Assembly: GCA_965262725.1 (NCBI GenBank) | Contig: OZ253555.1 | Span: 2,848,001-2,912,000 of the forward strand | Reading direction: 5' to 3' | DNA length: 64,000 bases | From: Dehalococcoidia bacterium | Lineage (GTDB): Bacteria > Chloroflexota > Dehalococcoidia > UBA2979 | Shown: positions 48,286 to 57,566 of the stretch, piece after piece | How positions within the stretch are numbered: position 1 is the first letter of the stretch | Layout of the letters: the number at the start of each line of letters is the position of its first letter | Translations under genes and position numbers: made by a program | The notes under the pieces: model-generated | What the model was told of the DNA's origin: nothing | The model's input: only the letters and a program-made list of their open reading frames with translations | The model's database searches: none

Positions 48286-50250
48286 ATGCGCTCGACGCCT
48301 GCCCGACGGTGCGGCGAGGATTCGGCTCGGGCTGCGCCGTCGCCGCGCCGGGATGCGCGGCTCGCTGCTGTGCTCTCTCTGCTCGCGCTGGGCGCCCTGC
48401 TCACGCTTGTGATCGCGGCGATCCCCCATCCCGACGCGCTGCTCCGCGAGCCGGCCGGCACCAGCCCGCAGGCGGGCGTGGCGATCCCCGCCGGCGCGCC
48501 GCTCTGCAGCGCGGAGGCGCGGCCAGCGGCGGAGACAACACCCGGGTCGCGTGCGACGCCGGTCTGGCTGCACGTCCAGTGCGACCGGCCGGGCCTGCTT
48601 GTAGCCATCCCCCCGGTCGGGGATCCGGCGGGCGCCGAGCTGGGCGGCAACGGGCGCTTCGAGGGGCTGCTGGGACGCGCGTACCTCTGCGCCGGCCAGA
48701 CGGCGAACCTCTCTCTCACGGTGACCGGCGAGGGCGGGGCGAGCTGGGAGACGACCGTCCCGCTAGCGGCATCCCCCGGGGCGCCTGCGTGTGACGTGCT
48801 GATCCGCCCCGGCGTGACCGAGTTCACCTGGGAACGTGACGCGATCGCGGTGACCGACGCCTTCACCGACGAGACCCTGGGCGCGCCCCGCGGCTTCGGC
48901 GCGAACAGCAGCGACCGGGCGCTCGACCACCTCGCCGTCCGGTACCAGGAGGAGAGCGGGCGCTTGCTCGCGTGGGGATTCGCCGCCCCCGACACGGCCG
49001 TGCTCGAGCGCCTGGAGAGCGGGAAGCGCTACCTCATCGCCACGGACGCCGAGATCGCCTGGAGCTTCCCCGACGCGCTCGTCGCGTCCGGTACGCCCAC
49101 CGCCCCCGGCACGCCCGCTGCCCTCGACACGCCCGCTGCCCTCGACACGCCCGCTGCCCCCGACGCGCCCGTCACGCCCGTCACGCCCGTCACGCCCGTC
49201 ACGCCCGCTGCCCCCGACGCGCCCGCTGCCCCCGACGCGCCCGACGCGCCCGTCACGCCCGCCGCCCCCGACGCGCCCGCCGCCCCCGACACGCCCGACA
49301 CGCCCGACACGCCCGACACGCCCGACACGCCCGACACGCCCGACACGCCCGACACGCCCGACACGCCCGACACGCCCGACACGCCCGCCGCCCCCGACGC
49401 GCCCGCTGCCCCCGACGCGCCCGTCACGCCCGACACGCCCGCCGCCCCGGAGACCTCCCCGGATGTCGCAACCCCGGCCGTCTCGGGACGGGGAGCCCAA
49501 GTGGTTTCCTATTACGGCCACCCGGATGTCCCGCGGATGGGGATCCTCGGCGCCGGCACGCCCGAGGACGCGGCGGACGGCGTCGCCGTGCTGGCGGCGG
49601 CCTACGACGAGCTCAACGGCGACCGCGACGTGATCCCGGCGCTCCACCTGATCGCCGGCGTCGCCACCTCCGCCCCGGGCGCGGCCGGCCTCCACCTCCA
49701 GCGCCTGTCCCACGAGCACGTGCGCAGGTGGGTCCGCCTCGCGGAGGAGCGCGAGCAACTGATCTTCCTCGACGTACAGGTCGGCTGGTCCAACGCGCTG
49801 GGGGAGGCCAGGGCGCTCGAGGAGTTCCTCCGCGAGCCGCACGTGCACCTGGCGCTCGACCCCGAGTTCGCGACCCTCGGACTGGGGCGGCCCGGGACCG
49901 TGATCGGGCGGCTCGACGGCGCCGCCGTCGACGGGGTGCAGGCCTACCTCGCCGGGCTCGTGCGCTCCGAGGGGATCCCCCCGAAGCTCCTCGTGCTGCA
50001 TCAGTTCCTCGACAGCATGCTCCCCGATGCGGACGAGGGCTACGCGGATCATCCCGAGGTCGAAATAGTGATCGACATGGACGGCTTCGGCCGCGCATCG
50101 GTCAAGCTCACGAAGTACCGCCGCTACTCGCTCTCCGCGTATGCGGAACGCCCCGCGATCAAGCTCTTTTTCCTCTACGACGAGCCGATCCTGACGCCAG
50201 CCGATGTGCAGTCCCTCGACTCGCCGCCCGACCTGATCATCTACCAGTAG
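48286..50250 (+). CDS. Secreted/membrane-anchored protein with Pro/Asp/Thr linker and conserved C-terminal domain
   Basis: N-terminal hydrophobic segment LAAVLSLLALGALLTLVIAA; C-domain YYGHP-MGILG, LDVQVG, VHLALDPEF, PKLLVLHQF, IDMDGFG; start uncertain. Confidence 0.75.
   Translation: MRSTPARRCGEDSARAAPSPRRDARLAAVLSLLALGALLTLVIAAIPHPDALLREPAGTSPQAGVAIPAGAPLCSAEARPAAETTPGSRATPVWLHVQCDRPGLLVAIPPVGDPAGAELGGNGRFEGLLGRAYLCAGQTANLSLTVTGEGGASWETTVPLAASPGAPACDVLIRPGVTEFTWERDAIAVTDAFTDETLGAPRGFGANSSDRALDHLAVRYQEESGRLLAWGFAAPDTAVLERLESGKRYLIATDAEIAWSFPDALVASGTPTAPGTPAALDTPAALDTPAAPDAPVTPVTPVTPVTPAAPDAPAAPDAPDAPVTPAAPDAPAAPDTPDTPDTPDTPDTPDTPDTPDTPDTPDTPDTPAAPDAPAAPDAPVTPDTPAAPETSPDVATPAVSGRGAQVVSYYGHPDVPRMGILGAGTPEDAADGVAVLAAAYDELNGDRDVIPALHLIAGVATSAPGAAGLHLQRLSHEHVRRWVRLAEEREQLIFLDVQVGWSNALGEARALEEFLREPHVHLALDPEFATLGLGRPGTVIGRLDGAAVDGVQAYLAGLVRSEGIPPKLLVLHQFLDSMLPDADEGYADHPEVEIVIDMDGFGRASVKLTKYRRYSLSAYAERPAIKLFFLYDEPILTPADVQSLDSPPDLIIYQ
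49093..49452 (+). repeat. In-frame 9-bp-period tandem repeat (VNTR)
   Basis: (CCCGACACG)x11 at 49285-49383 and (CCCGTCACG)x4 at 49168-49203, within PAAPDA/TPAALD variant units. Confidence 0.95.
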
Positions 50251-50320
50251 GGGCGCGCAGCCACGGGGCGTCGAGCGGGCGAGCCGTGTAGGCTCCGCTG
50301 CGCGGCGGGGAGGAGCGGGC

Positions 50321-51703
50321 GTGAGCGGCGAGCGAACGAACCAGATCAGCGACGTCATGCGCGACCTCGCCGCATGGATCGCCCACGCCTGCGAACGACC
50401 GCTGCCGCCGGAGGTCGCCGAGAAGGCGAAGCACCACACTCTCGACACGCTCGCGGCGATGATTTCCGGCTCGCGGCTGCGTCCCGGCGAACTCGGCGTC
50501 GCTTACGTGCGCGCGCAGCGGGCGCAGGCGGAGGCGGAGGCGAGCATCGCCGGCACCGCGCTTCTCGCATCGGCCGAGCTTGCCGCCTTTGCGAACGGTA
50601 TGACGGCGCACGCTGACGAGACGGACGACTCGCACGCGCCCTCCTTCACGCACCCCGGCTGCGCCGTGATCCCGGCCGCGCTCGCGATGGCGGAGAGGGA
50701 GGGGCGTCCCGGCATCGAGCTTCTGCGCGCAGTCGTGCTGGGCTACGAGCTCTGTGCGCGCAGCACGATGTCGCTCGGCCGCGACGCGCTATACGCGGCG
50801 GGGCACTCCACCCACGCCTTCGGCGGTCTCTTCGGCGCCGCCGCCGCGGCGGGCGCGCTCGCCGGCCTCGATGCGCCGCGCAGCCGGTGGCTGCTCTCGT
50901 ACGCCGCACAGCAGGCCGCCGGCATCACCTCCTGGGCGCGCGACGAGGAGCACATCGAGAAGGCGTTCCACTTCGGCGCGATGCCGGCGAGCCGCGGCGT
51001 GCTCGCCGCCTCGCTCGTGGCCTTCGGCTTCAGCGGCGTCGACGACGTGTTCTCCGGACCCCGCAACTTCTTCGAAGCGTTCTCGGAGGAGCCGGATCCG
51101 GCGCTGCTCACGCGCGATCTCGGCAGCCGCTACGAGATCCTTCATGCCAACATCAAGAAGTGGCCGGTCGGCTCGCCGATCCAGGCGGCGCTCGACTCCG
51201 CCCAGCGGCTCCGCGCTGAGCACCGGATCGAGCCCGAGGCGATCGCGCGCGTCCGGGTGCGGCTGCCCAACATCGAGGCGCACGTCGTCGACGACCGCTC
51301 GATGCCGGACATCAACGCGCAGCACCTGGTGGCCGTGATGCTCCTCGATGGCGATCTCGGCTTCGCCTCGGCGCACGACTACGAGCGGATGCACGACCCC
51401 GAGGTTCTGGCGCTGCGCGAGCGACTGAGCCTGGTACACGACGAGGAGCTCGGGACCGCTCGGCCCAGGCGCCAGGCGATCGTCGAGATCGACACGACCG
51501 ACGGCCGGAGCCTCGCGCACCGCACGCGCGCCGTGCGCGGCACCGCCGACAACCCGATGACGCGCTCCGAGGTCGAGGCGAAGGCCATGGACCTGCTCGC
51601 GCCGGTGCTGGGCGCGGAGCGGGCGCGCGCGCTCGTCGCGACCATCTGGGAACTCGAGACGGTCGGCGACGTCCGCGATCTGCGCCCGCTGCTCGCCGGC
51701 TGA
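50321..51703 (+). CDS. MmgE/PrpD family protein
   Basis: LDTLAAMISGS, NGMTAHADETDDSH, HPGCAVIPAALA, KKWPVG, GTADNPMT. Confidence 0.93.
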   Translation: MSGERTNQISDVMRDLAAWIAHACERPLPPEVAEKAKHHTLDTLAAMISGSRLRPGELGVAYVRAQRAQAEAEASIAGTALLASAELAAFANGMTAHADETDDSHAPSFTHPGCAVIPAALAMAEREGRPGIELLRAVVLGYELCARSTMSLGRDALYAAGHSTHAFGGLFGAAAAAGALAGLDAPRSRWLLSYAAQQAAGITSWARDEEHIEKAFHFGAMPASRGVLAASLVAFGFSGVDDVFSGPRNFFEAFSEEPDPALLTRDLGSRYEILHANIKKWPVGSPIQAALDSAQRLRAEHRIEPEAIARVRVRLPNIEAHVVDDRSMPDINAQHLVAVMLLDGDLGFASAHDYERMHDPEVLALRERLSLVHDEELGTARPRRQAIVEIDTTDGRSLAHRTRAVRGTADNPMTRSEVEAKAMDLLAPVLGAERARALVATIWELETVGDVRDLRPLLAG

Positions 51704-51805
51704 CCCTATACCCTGGCGCCGTCGGGGGCCGCGGGGCTTGACCGAGGCTGGGCCGTCTTGCCTACGATTTCCCCCGTCCGGGGGCATTCACTCGGGAGGT
51801 GCGAT

Positions 51806-52126
51806 ATGGCGAAGTACTTGTTGCGAGCGGGCTACTCCCGCGACGGCCTGGCGGGCCTCATCAAGGAGGGGGGCACGCGCCGCCGGGAGGCGCTCTCGGA
51901 GACGATCGGGAGCGTCGGCGGTCGACTGGAGGCCTTCTACTACGCGTTCGGGGAGTGCGACCTCTACATGATCGCCGATCTCCCCGACGACGCCTCGGCG
52001 GCCGCAGTCTCGCTCGCGATCAGCTCGGTGGGCGCCATCAACGTCAACATCACCGTGCTCCTGACGCCGGAGACCGTGGACGAGGCGGTCGCAAAGCGCG
52101 TGCCCTACAGGTCGCCCGGGGCGTAG
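51806..52126 (+). CDS. GYD domain-containing protein
   Basis: MAKYLLRAGYS, SVGGRLEAFYYAFGECD, LLTPE; GGAGG RBS. Confidence 0.88.
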   Translation: MAKYLLRAGYSRDGLAGLIKEGGTRRREALSETIGSVGGRLEAFYYAFGECDLYMIADLPDDASAAAVSLAISSVGAINVNITVLLTPETVDEAVAKRVPYRSPGA

Positions 52127-52214
52127 CCCTCTTCCCGCGGAGAGCGTGGAGACGCGCGGCGGGTTTCGCCGGCGCCCGACCCGCATCGGCGCGGGCGGGC
52201 GCCGGCGCATCGCG

Positions 52215-53420
52215 TCAGCCGCGGGGGAGGCCGAGCCCCCTTGTGGAGATGATGTTGCGCTGGATCTCGGAGGTGCCGCCGGCGATCGTCGTCGGGACCA
52301 TCGCAACGTAGCGGTACGGGATCCGCCCCTCGCGCGGCGCGCACGGAGACGTCCGCCAGAGGTTCCCGTAGAGCCCGATCAGCTTCATCGCCGTCCGCGT
52401 CAGCCCCTGCGCGGTCTCCGAGGTGAAGAGCTTCTTGATCGACGCCTCGTAGTTGGGAAGGTCCCCGCGCTTCAGCATGCTCACCACGCGGTACGCCATC
52501 AGCCTGGACACCTGCGCGGCGATCGCCGCGTCGGTGAGTTCGCGGACCCGCCCCGCACCGTCCGCGAGGGGCTCCTCCCCCCGCTGTCCGGCTCGCACGT
52601 ACGCGACGAGCGACTCCACCTCCTGCATGAGAGCGATCGAGGCGCCGATGCGGCTACGCTCCAGGTCGAGCAGCGTCGTTGCGTGGTACCAGCCGCGGTT
52701 CTCCTCGCCGACTCGGTTCGCGGCCGGGATGCGGACGTCCTCGAAGAAGACCTCGTTGATGTCCCACTCGATGATGCCCGGGGTCTCCTTCGCGGTGACG
52801 ATCGGCTGCGTGGTGATGCCGGGCGCCCGCATGTCGAGCAGGAACATCGTGATGCCCCGATGCTTCGGCGCCTCCGGGTCGGTGCGGGCGAGAAGGAGCA
52901 TCCAATCGGCCTTGTGCCCGACAGTGTTCCACACCTTCTGCCCGTTCACGACGTACTCGTCACCGTCGCGCACGGCGCGCGTTTGCAGAGACGCGAGATC
53001 CGACCCGGCTCCCGGCTCGGAGTAGCCCTGGCACCAGATCGTCCGATTGGACGTGATGCGCGGGAGGTGCGTCTCCTTCTGCTGCTCGGAGCCGTGGCGG
53101 ATCAGCGTGGGGCCGACCATGTTCATCCCGATGCCGCCGACCTCGGGGGCTCGGGTCTTCGCCATCTCCTCGTTGAAAATGAACTGCTCCATCGCCGTGA
53201 GGCCGGCGCCGCCGAACTCCTGCGGCCAGTGGGGTGCGATCCACCCCCGCTTGCCGAGGGCACCGCGCCACTCGCGGAGCAGCTCGGCCTCCGTCTCGTC
53301 GCGCGGATCCGGGTACTGCTGCCAACCCGCCGGCGCGAGGCGCGGCTCGAAGCTCTCGTCGACGAAGTCGCGCACCTGCTGCCGGAACGTCGCCTCCTCA
53401 GGGGAGTCGTTGAAATCCAT
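52215..53420 (-). CDS. Acyl-CoA dehydrogenase family protein
   Basis: WCQGYSEPGAGSDLASL, NGQKVW, KHRGIT, TIAGGTSEIQRNIISTRGLGLPRG. Confidence 0.95.
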   Translation of the reverse strand: MDFNDSPEEATFRQQVRDFVDESFEPRLAPAGWQQYPDPRDETEAELLREWRGALGKRGWIAPHWPQEFGGAGLTAMEQFIFNEEMAKTRAPEVGGIGMNMVGPTLIRHGSEQQKETHLPRITSNRTIWCQGYSEPGAGSDLASLQTRAVRDGDEYVVNGQKVWNTVGHKADWMLLLARTDPEAPKHRGITMFLLDMRAPGITTQPIVTAKETPGIIEWDINEVFFEDVRIPAANRVGEENRGWYHATTLLDLERSRIGASIALMQEVESLVAYVRAGQRGEEPLADGAGRVRELTDAAIAAQVSRLMAYRVVSMLKRGDLPNYEASIKKLFTSETAQGLTRTAMKLIGLYGNLWRTSPCAPREGRIPYRYVAMVPTTIAGGTSEIQRNIISTRGLGLPRG

Positions 53421-53501
53421 CTCGCACCTCCTCGCCCCGCCGGCGCCAGCATGATGCCCGTCTCTGCAACGGTATCATCGCCGGAGGCCGGAGGGAGATG
53501 C

Positions 53502-54040
53502 GTGTCCGACCCCGACCCTGCCCTCGCCTTCCGCGCGGTGACGGCCGATCGATGGTCGGACCTGAGACGGCTCTTCGAGGCGCGTGGCGGACCGAGCTAC
53601 TGCTGGTGCATGGCGTGGCGGCCGGGCGGGCGCGGGAGCAACGCCGCGAAGCGCGACGCCCTTCGGCGGATCGTCGAGAAGGGGCCGCCGGTGGGGCTGC
53701 TCGCCTACGAGGAGGGCGAGCCGGTCGTCTGGTGCTCGATCGCCCCCCGCGAGAGCTACCGCGCCCTCGGCGGATGCGCCGAGCCCGAGGCCGTCTCAGT
53801 CTGGTCCGTCGTCTGCTTCTTCGCTGTGAGGCGGCTCCGCGGCCGCGGCATCACCGCACGGCTGCTCAAGGCCGCCATGGCGCTCGCACGCGAGCACGGA
53901 GCGGACGTGATCGAAGGATATGCGGTCGACCCCGACTCGCCTTCCTCGAGGCCGGCTTCACCGAGGTGGGACGGGCCGGCCGCCGGCGGCACGTGATGCG
54001 CCTGAAACTCTCCCCCGGCGGCGGCGCGGAATGCCGATGA
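53502..54040 (+). pseudogene. GNAT acetyltransferase with frameshifting deletion near 53943
   Basis: One frame reads ...CWCMAWR...VGLLAY...WSVVCFF...RGRG...VDPDSPS; the C-terminus FLEAGFTEVGRAGRRRHVMRL lies in another frame and ends at 54040, overlapping the cupin start. Confidence 0.8.
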
Positions 54041-54378
54041 CGGCACTCCCCCGGGGCGAACTCGGCGCCGGCATCCCCCGCGAGCTACCCGAGGAGCTCA
54101 CGACCGTGCTCGCGGAGGGGGCCTCGGTCCGCATCGAGCGCATCGTCTCACGGGGGCATGCGACCACCGCCGGAGAGTGGTACGAGCAGGAGGCGGACGA
54201 GTGGGTGCTGCTCGTGGCGGGCGCTGCCCGGCTCGAGTTTCCCGACGGGGCGCTGCTCGAGCTGGCGCCGGGCGAGTGGGTCGACCTGCCGGCCGGGCTC
54301 CGCCACCGGGTCGCGTGGACCGCGCCGGGCGAGGACACGGTCTGGCTCGCGGTCTTCCGTCCCGCGGCCGGCTCATGA
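54037..54378 (+). CDS. Cupin domain protein
   Basis: VRIERIVSRGH, WYEQEADEWVLLVAG, RHRVAWT, TVWLAV. Confidence 0.88.
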   Translation: MTALPRGELGAGIPRELPEELTTVLAEGASVRIERIVSRGHATTAGEWYEQEADEWVLLVAGAARLEFPDGALLELAPGEWVDLPAGLRHRVAWTAPGEDTVWLAVFRPAAGS

Positions 54379-54472
54379 AGCGACGGCGCAGACGCGGTAG
54401 AGTGCGTCTCCGGTGCGGGTTCCCGCGCCCGAGGGCCCGCAGGCCCGCCCGGGGCCCCGGGGGCCGAAGGGG

Positions 54473-56008
54473 GTGATCGTGGCTCGGACGCTGCGAGTGG
54501 GCATCGACACGGCTCCCCGCATCTTCGACTGCGAGCAGCCGGCCGGATTCCGCGACTCCGCGGGCGCCGATCTCGTGGGGAGCTTCTACGATCAGCTCAC
54601 CTCGCCGCGCGCCTACCTCGACGAGCGCGGGGTCTCGCGAGCCGACTGGCACCGGCTCCGTCCGGTGCTCGCGGAGGCGTGGTGGTGGTCTGAGGACGGG
54701 CGCACCTGCACCTTCCGCGTCCGGGCGGGCGTCTACTCCGAGGACGGGAATGAGCTGACCGCCGAGGACGTTCGCTGGGGCTGGGAGCGCGCCTTCGGCC
54801 TGCGCGACGTGGGGAAATGGGTGGCGCGCATCTCCTCGCTGCAGGACTGGGAAGATATCGAGGTCATCGACCGCTACACGGTCGCCTTCCACCTGAGCGC
54901 CCCCAATCCGGCGCTCCCCCGCACCATGGCGCAGAACACCCCCGGCCTCTACGACAGCGCCGCGGTGCTGCCCCAGCTAACCGATGACGACCCCTGGGCG
55001 AAGGAACTGATCGGCGGGCGCTCGGTGGGGTACGGGCCCTACCGGCTCGTCGAGCGCGACGACGACGGCATCACGATCGCGGCGCGCGAGCGCTACTGGC
55101 GCGGCCGCCCCCCGATCGGCGAGGTGCACCTCCGGCGCTACGACTCGCGCGCGGAGGCACTCGCGGGGCTGCTCTCGGGCGAGGTGGACCTCGTACCCAA
55201 CGTCGCGGCCGCGGAGCTGCCGACGATCACCCGGCCCCGCGGTGGCGCGACGCGGCTCCGCGTGCAGCCGGCCTCGTTCTCGGGCATCGCGCTCCACCTC
55301 GATCCGACCGCGGAGCCGCTCGACGACCCGCTGGTCCGGCAGGCGATCGCGCACGCGACGCCCTACGCGGCGGTGCTCGGGTCGGCGTTCGACGGACGGA
55401 CCGAGCGCTGGCACAGCTGGGTGCGCAGCGACTCCCCCGGCTACGACCCCACCAGCTGGCCCTACGAGGAGGACGTCGCGCGGGCGCGCGAGCTGCTCGC
55501 CGCCTCGAAGGGAGCGGGCGGCTTCGAGACGACGCTGCGTGTGCTGCCCTCCGACGGATTCGACGCCGTCGCCGAAGTGGTCGCCGACGGGCTCTCGCGC
55601 ATCGGCGTGAGGCTCAACCTCGACAGCGCCGACCTGGCGGGCGAGATCCGCGCCGGCAATGCCGCGCCGATCATGCTGCGCGGGTTTCCGGACGGGCGCG
55701 GGATGCGCGTCTCCGACCCCAACTACGCCTACGTCCACGACTGGGGACCCGGCCGCATGCGGCTCTTCCCCTTCCACTACCAGAACGAGGAGTTCTTCGA
55801 CGCCCTCCGCTTCATGGTCGAGGCCGGCCACGGCCGCCCCTGGGAGGAGGCGGTCCGGCGGGTCCAGCGCCTGCACAACGCGGACGCGGTCCTGATCCCG
55901 CTCTGCAACATCCGCTTCCACGTGGCGCACGTCGGGGAGCTCGAAGGCTACCGCTGGTACCCGGACAACCGGCTCCCGTTCGCCGAGATGCGCTGGGCGG
56001 GGGAATAG
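54473..56008 (+). CDS. Family-5 (DppA/OppA-like) solute-binding fold protein without signal peptide
   Basis: PVLAEAW-WSEDGRTCTFRVRAGV, LTAEDVRW, GYGPYRL, LDDPLVRQAIA, DVARARELLA. Confidence 0.85.
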   Translation: MIVARTLRVGIDTAPRIFDCEQPAGFRDSAGADLVGSFYDQLTSPRAYLDERGVSRADWHRLRPVLAEAWWWSEDGRTCTFRVRAGVYSEDGNELTAEDVRWGWERAFGLRDVGKWVARISSLQDWEDIEVIDRYTVAFHLSAPNPALPRTMAQNTPGLYDSAAVLPQLTDDDPWAKELIGGRSVGYGPYRLVERDDDGITIAARERYWRGRPPIGEVHLRRYDSRAEALAGLLSGEVDLVPNVAAAELPTITRPRGGATRLRVQPASFSGIALHLDPTAEPLDDPLVRQAIAHATPYAAVLGSAFDGRTERWHSWVRSDSPGYDPTSWPYEEDVARARELLAASKGAGGFETTLRVLPSDGFDAVAEVVADGLSRIGVRLNLDSADLAGEIRAGNAAPIMLRGFPDGRGMRVSDPNYAYVHDWGPGRMRLFPFHYQNEEFFDALRFMVEAGHGRPWEEAVRRVQRLHNADAVLIPLCNIRFHVAHVGELEGYRWYPDNRLPFAEMRWAGE

Positions 56009-57544
56009 ATGTCGCACGCTCCCTCCCGCAGCCGCCTCGTCATGCCGCATTCGCTCGGCGCCGTGCGCGACGGGTGGGACACCGACGGATCCCACGTCGC
56101 GCAGAACCACACCATCCACACCGCCTACGAGCCGCTCACGAGCCCGCGCATCGCCGTGGAGGGGGGCGTACGCCGCCCCGTGGCCTCGAAGCTGCTGCCG
56201 CGGCTGGCCGAGTCGTGGGAGGGATCGCTCGATGCTCGAAGCTGGACCGTACGGCTGCGCCCCGGCGTGCTCAGCCACCACGGCCGCGAGCTCACCGCCG
56301 AGGACGTGCGGTGGAGCTGGGAGCGCGCCTACGCCCTGAGGCGGGTGGGGCGCTGGCGGTCACGGCGCATGGCCGGCGTCGGCGAGGCGCGCGACGTGCA
56401 GGTCGTGGACGAGCACACGCTCCGCATCGAACTCAGGCGTCCGAACCCCGAGTTGCCGCAGTACCTCATCTTCTCCACCAACCAGATCTTCGATTCGACG
56501 GAGGCGCGACGGCACGCCACCGGCGAGGACCCGTGGGCGACCGAGTGGCTGTCGCGGCACCCCTCAGGCTTCGGGGCGTTCGCGCTGGAGAGCCAGGAGG
56601 GAGACGTTCTGGCGATGCGCGCCCGCGACGAGTACTGGGCCGGCCGCCCGGGCATCGAGGCGCTGGTGCAACTGGGGGTGGAGACGCGGGAGCAGGCGCT
56701 GCGCATGGTCGAGCGTGGCGACGCGAACTTCCTCACAGGCCTCTACCCGGAGGAACTCGCTCGCTTCGAGGGGCGGCCCGAGTTCACGATCCACCGCGTC
56801 CGCGCCAACCACTCGACGCTCCAGTTCGACTTCACGGCGCCCCCCTTCGACGACGCCAGGCTCCGGCAGGCGGTCTGCTGCGCGCTCCCCTACGGTCGCA
56901 TCCTCGAGCAGGTCTACCACGGCTACGCGCGCCAGAGCCGGAGCCCGGTGACGAGTGTCTCCAAGCACCACGCTCCCGATCTCTGGAGCTACGACACCGA
57001 TGCCGCGCGGGCGCGCGAGCTGGTGGCGGCGAGCGGCTACCCAGACGGCGTCGAGACGGAGCTCTACATCGACCCGACCTACGAGTCGCTGCGCTTCGCG
57101 GAGATCGCGCTCCCGGCACTCGCCGCGATCGGGGTGCGCGCCGAGGCGCGCCTCCTGCGCTGGCCCGACCCCATCGGCGCGATCGGCGGCCGGCCGCCGA
57201 TGTGGTTCCTGGACGACTGCGGCCACGCGCTGACGGAGGCGCGCTACGACCTCGGGCACGACTACGACCCGCCGATCGGCATCCACGGCGGGCTCGTCCT
57301 GCGCGACCCCGAGCTGGCGAGACGGATTCAGGCCGTCGCCGCCTCGGAGCCGGGCGACCAGGCTGACGGCTACCGCGAGCTGCAGCGGGAGATCCTCGAC
57401 CTCGCCTACTGCGCCCACGTCGCCGAGCACGAGACCGGGTGGGTCGTCCGCGGCGAGATCGATCCGTGGGCGCTCTCCGAGGACTGCCTCGTCGTCAAGA
57501 CCACGGTGTGGAGCACGCACCGCAACCTCCTCAACTCCTGGTAA
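56009..57544 (+). CDS. Family-5 (DppA/OppA-like) solute-binding fold protein without signal peptide
   Basis: PRLAESWE, WTVRLRPGV, LTAEDVRWSWER, PPFDDARLRQAV, DAARARELVAASGY. Confidence 0.85.
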   Translation: MSHAPSRSRLVMPHSLGAVRDGWDTDGSHVAQNHTIHTAYEPLTSPRIAVEGGVRRPVASKLLPRLAESWEGSLDARSWTVRLRPGVLSHHGRELTAEDVRWSWERAYALRRVGRWRSRRMAGVGEARDVQVVDEHTLRIELRRPNPELPQYLIFSTNQIFDSTEARRHATGEDPWATEWLSRHPSGFGAFALESQEGDVLAMRARDEYWAGRPGIEALVQLGVETREQALRMVERGDANFLTGLYPEELARFEGRPEFTIHRVRANHSTLQFDFTAPPFDDARLRQAVCCALPYGRILEQVYHGYARQSRSPVTSVSKHHAPDLWSYDTDAARARELVAASGYPDGVETELYIDPTYESLRFAEIALPALAAIGVRAEARLLRWPDPIGAIGGRPPMWFLDDCGHALTEARYDLGHDYDPPIGIHGGLVLRDPELARRIQAVAASEPGDQADGYRELQREILDLAYCAHVAEHETGWVVRGEIDPWALSEDCLVVKTTVWSTHRNLLNSW

Positions 57545-57566
57545 GGGCGAGCGGACAGGGGGGGCC

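Noticed and set aside
49093-49452. Repeat array as a CRISPR or ncRNA array
   Set aside because: The units are 9 bp, contiguous, have no unique spacers and are in frame in a CDS; there are no cas genes.
48763-50448. Alternative-frame ORFs with (HAR)n, (GRV)n and (GVS)n repeats
   Set aside because: These are other readings of the same VNTR; only the PDT frame links recognisable protein domains.
53930-53960. Programmed ribosomal frameshift in the GNAT gene
   Set aside because: There is no slippery heptamer, and a conserved segment appears missing, so frameshifting would not restore the protein.
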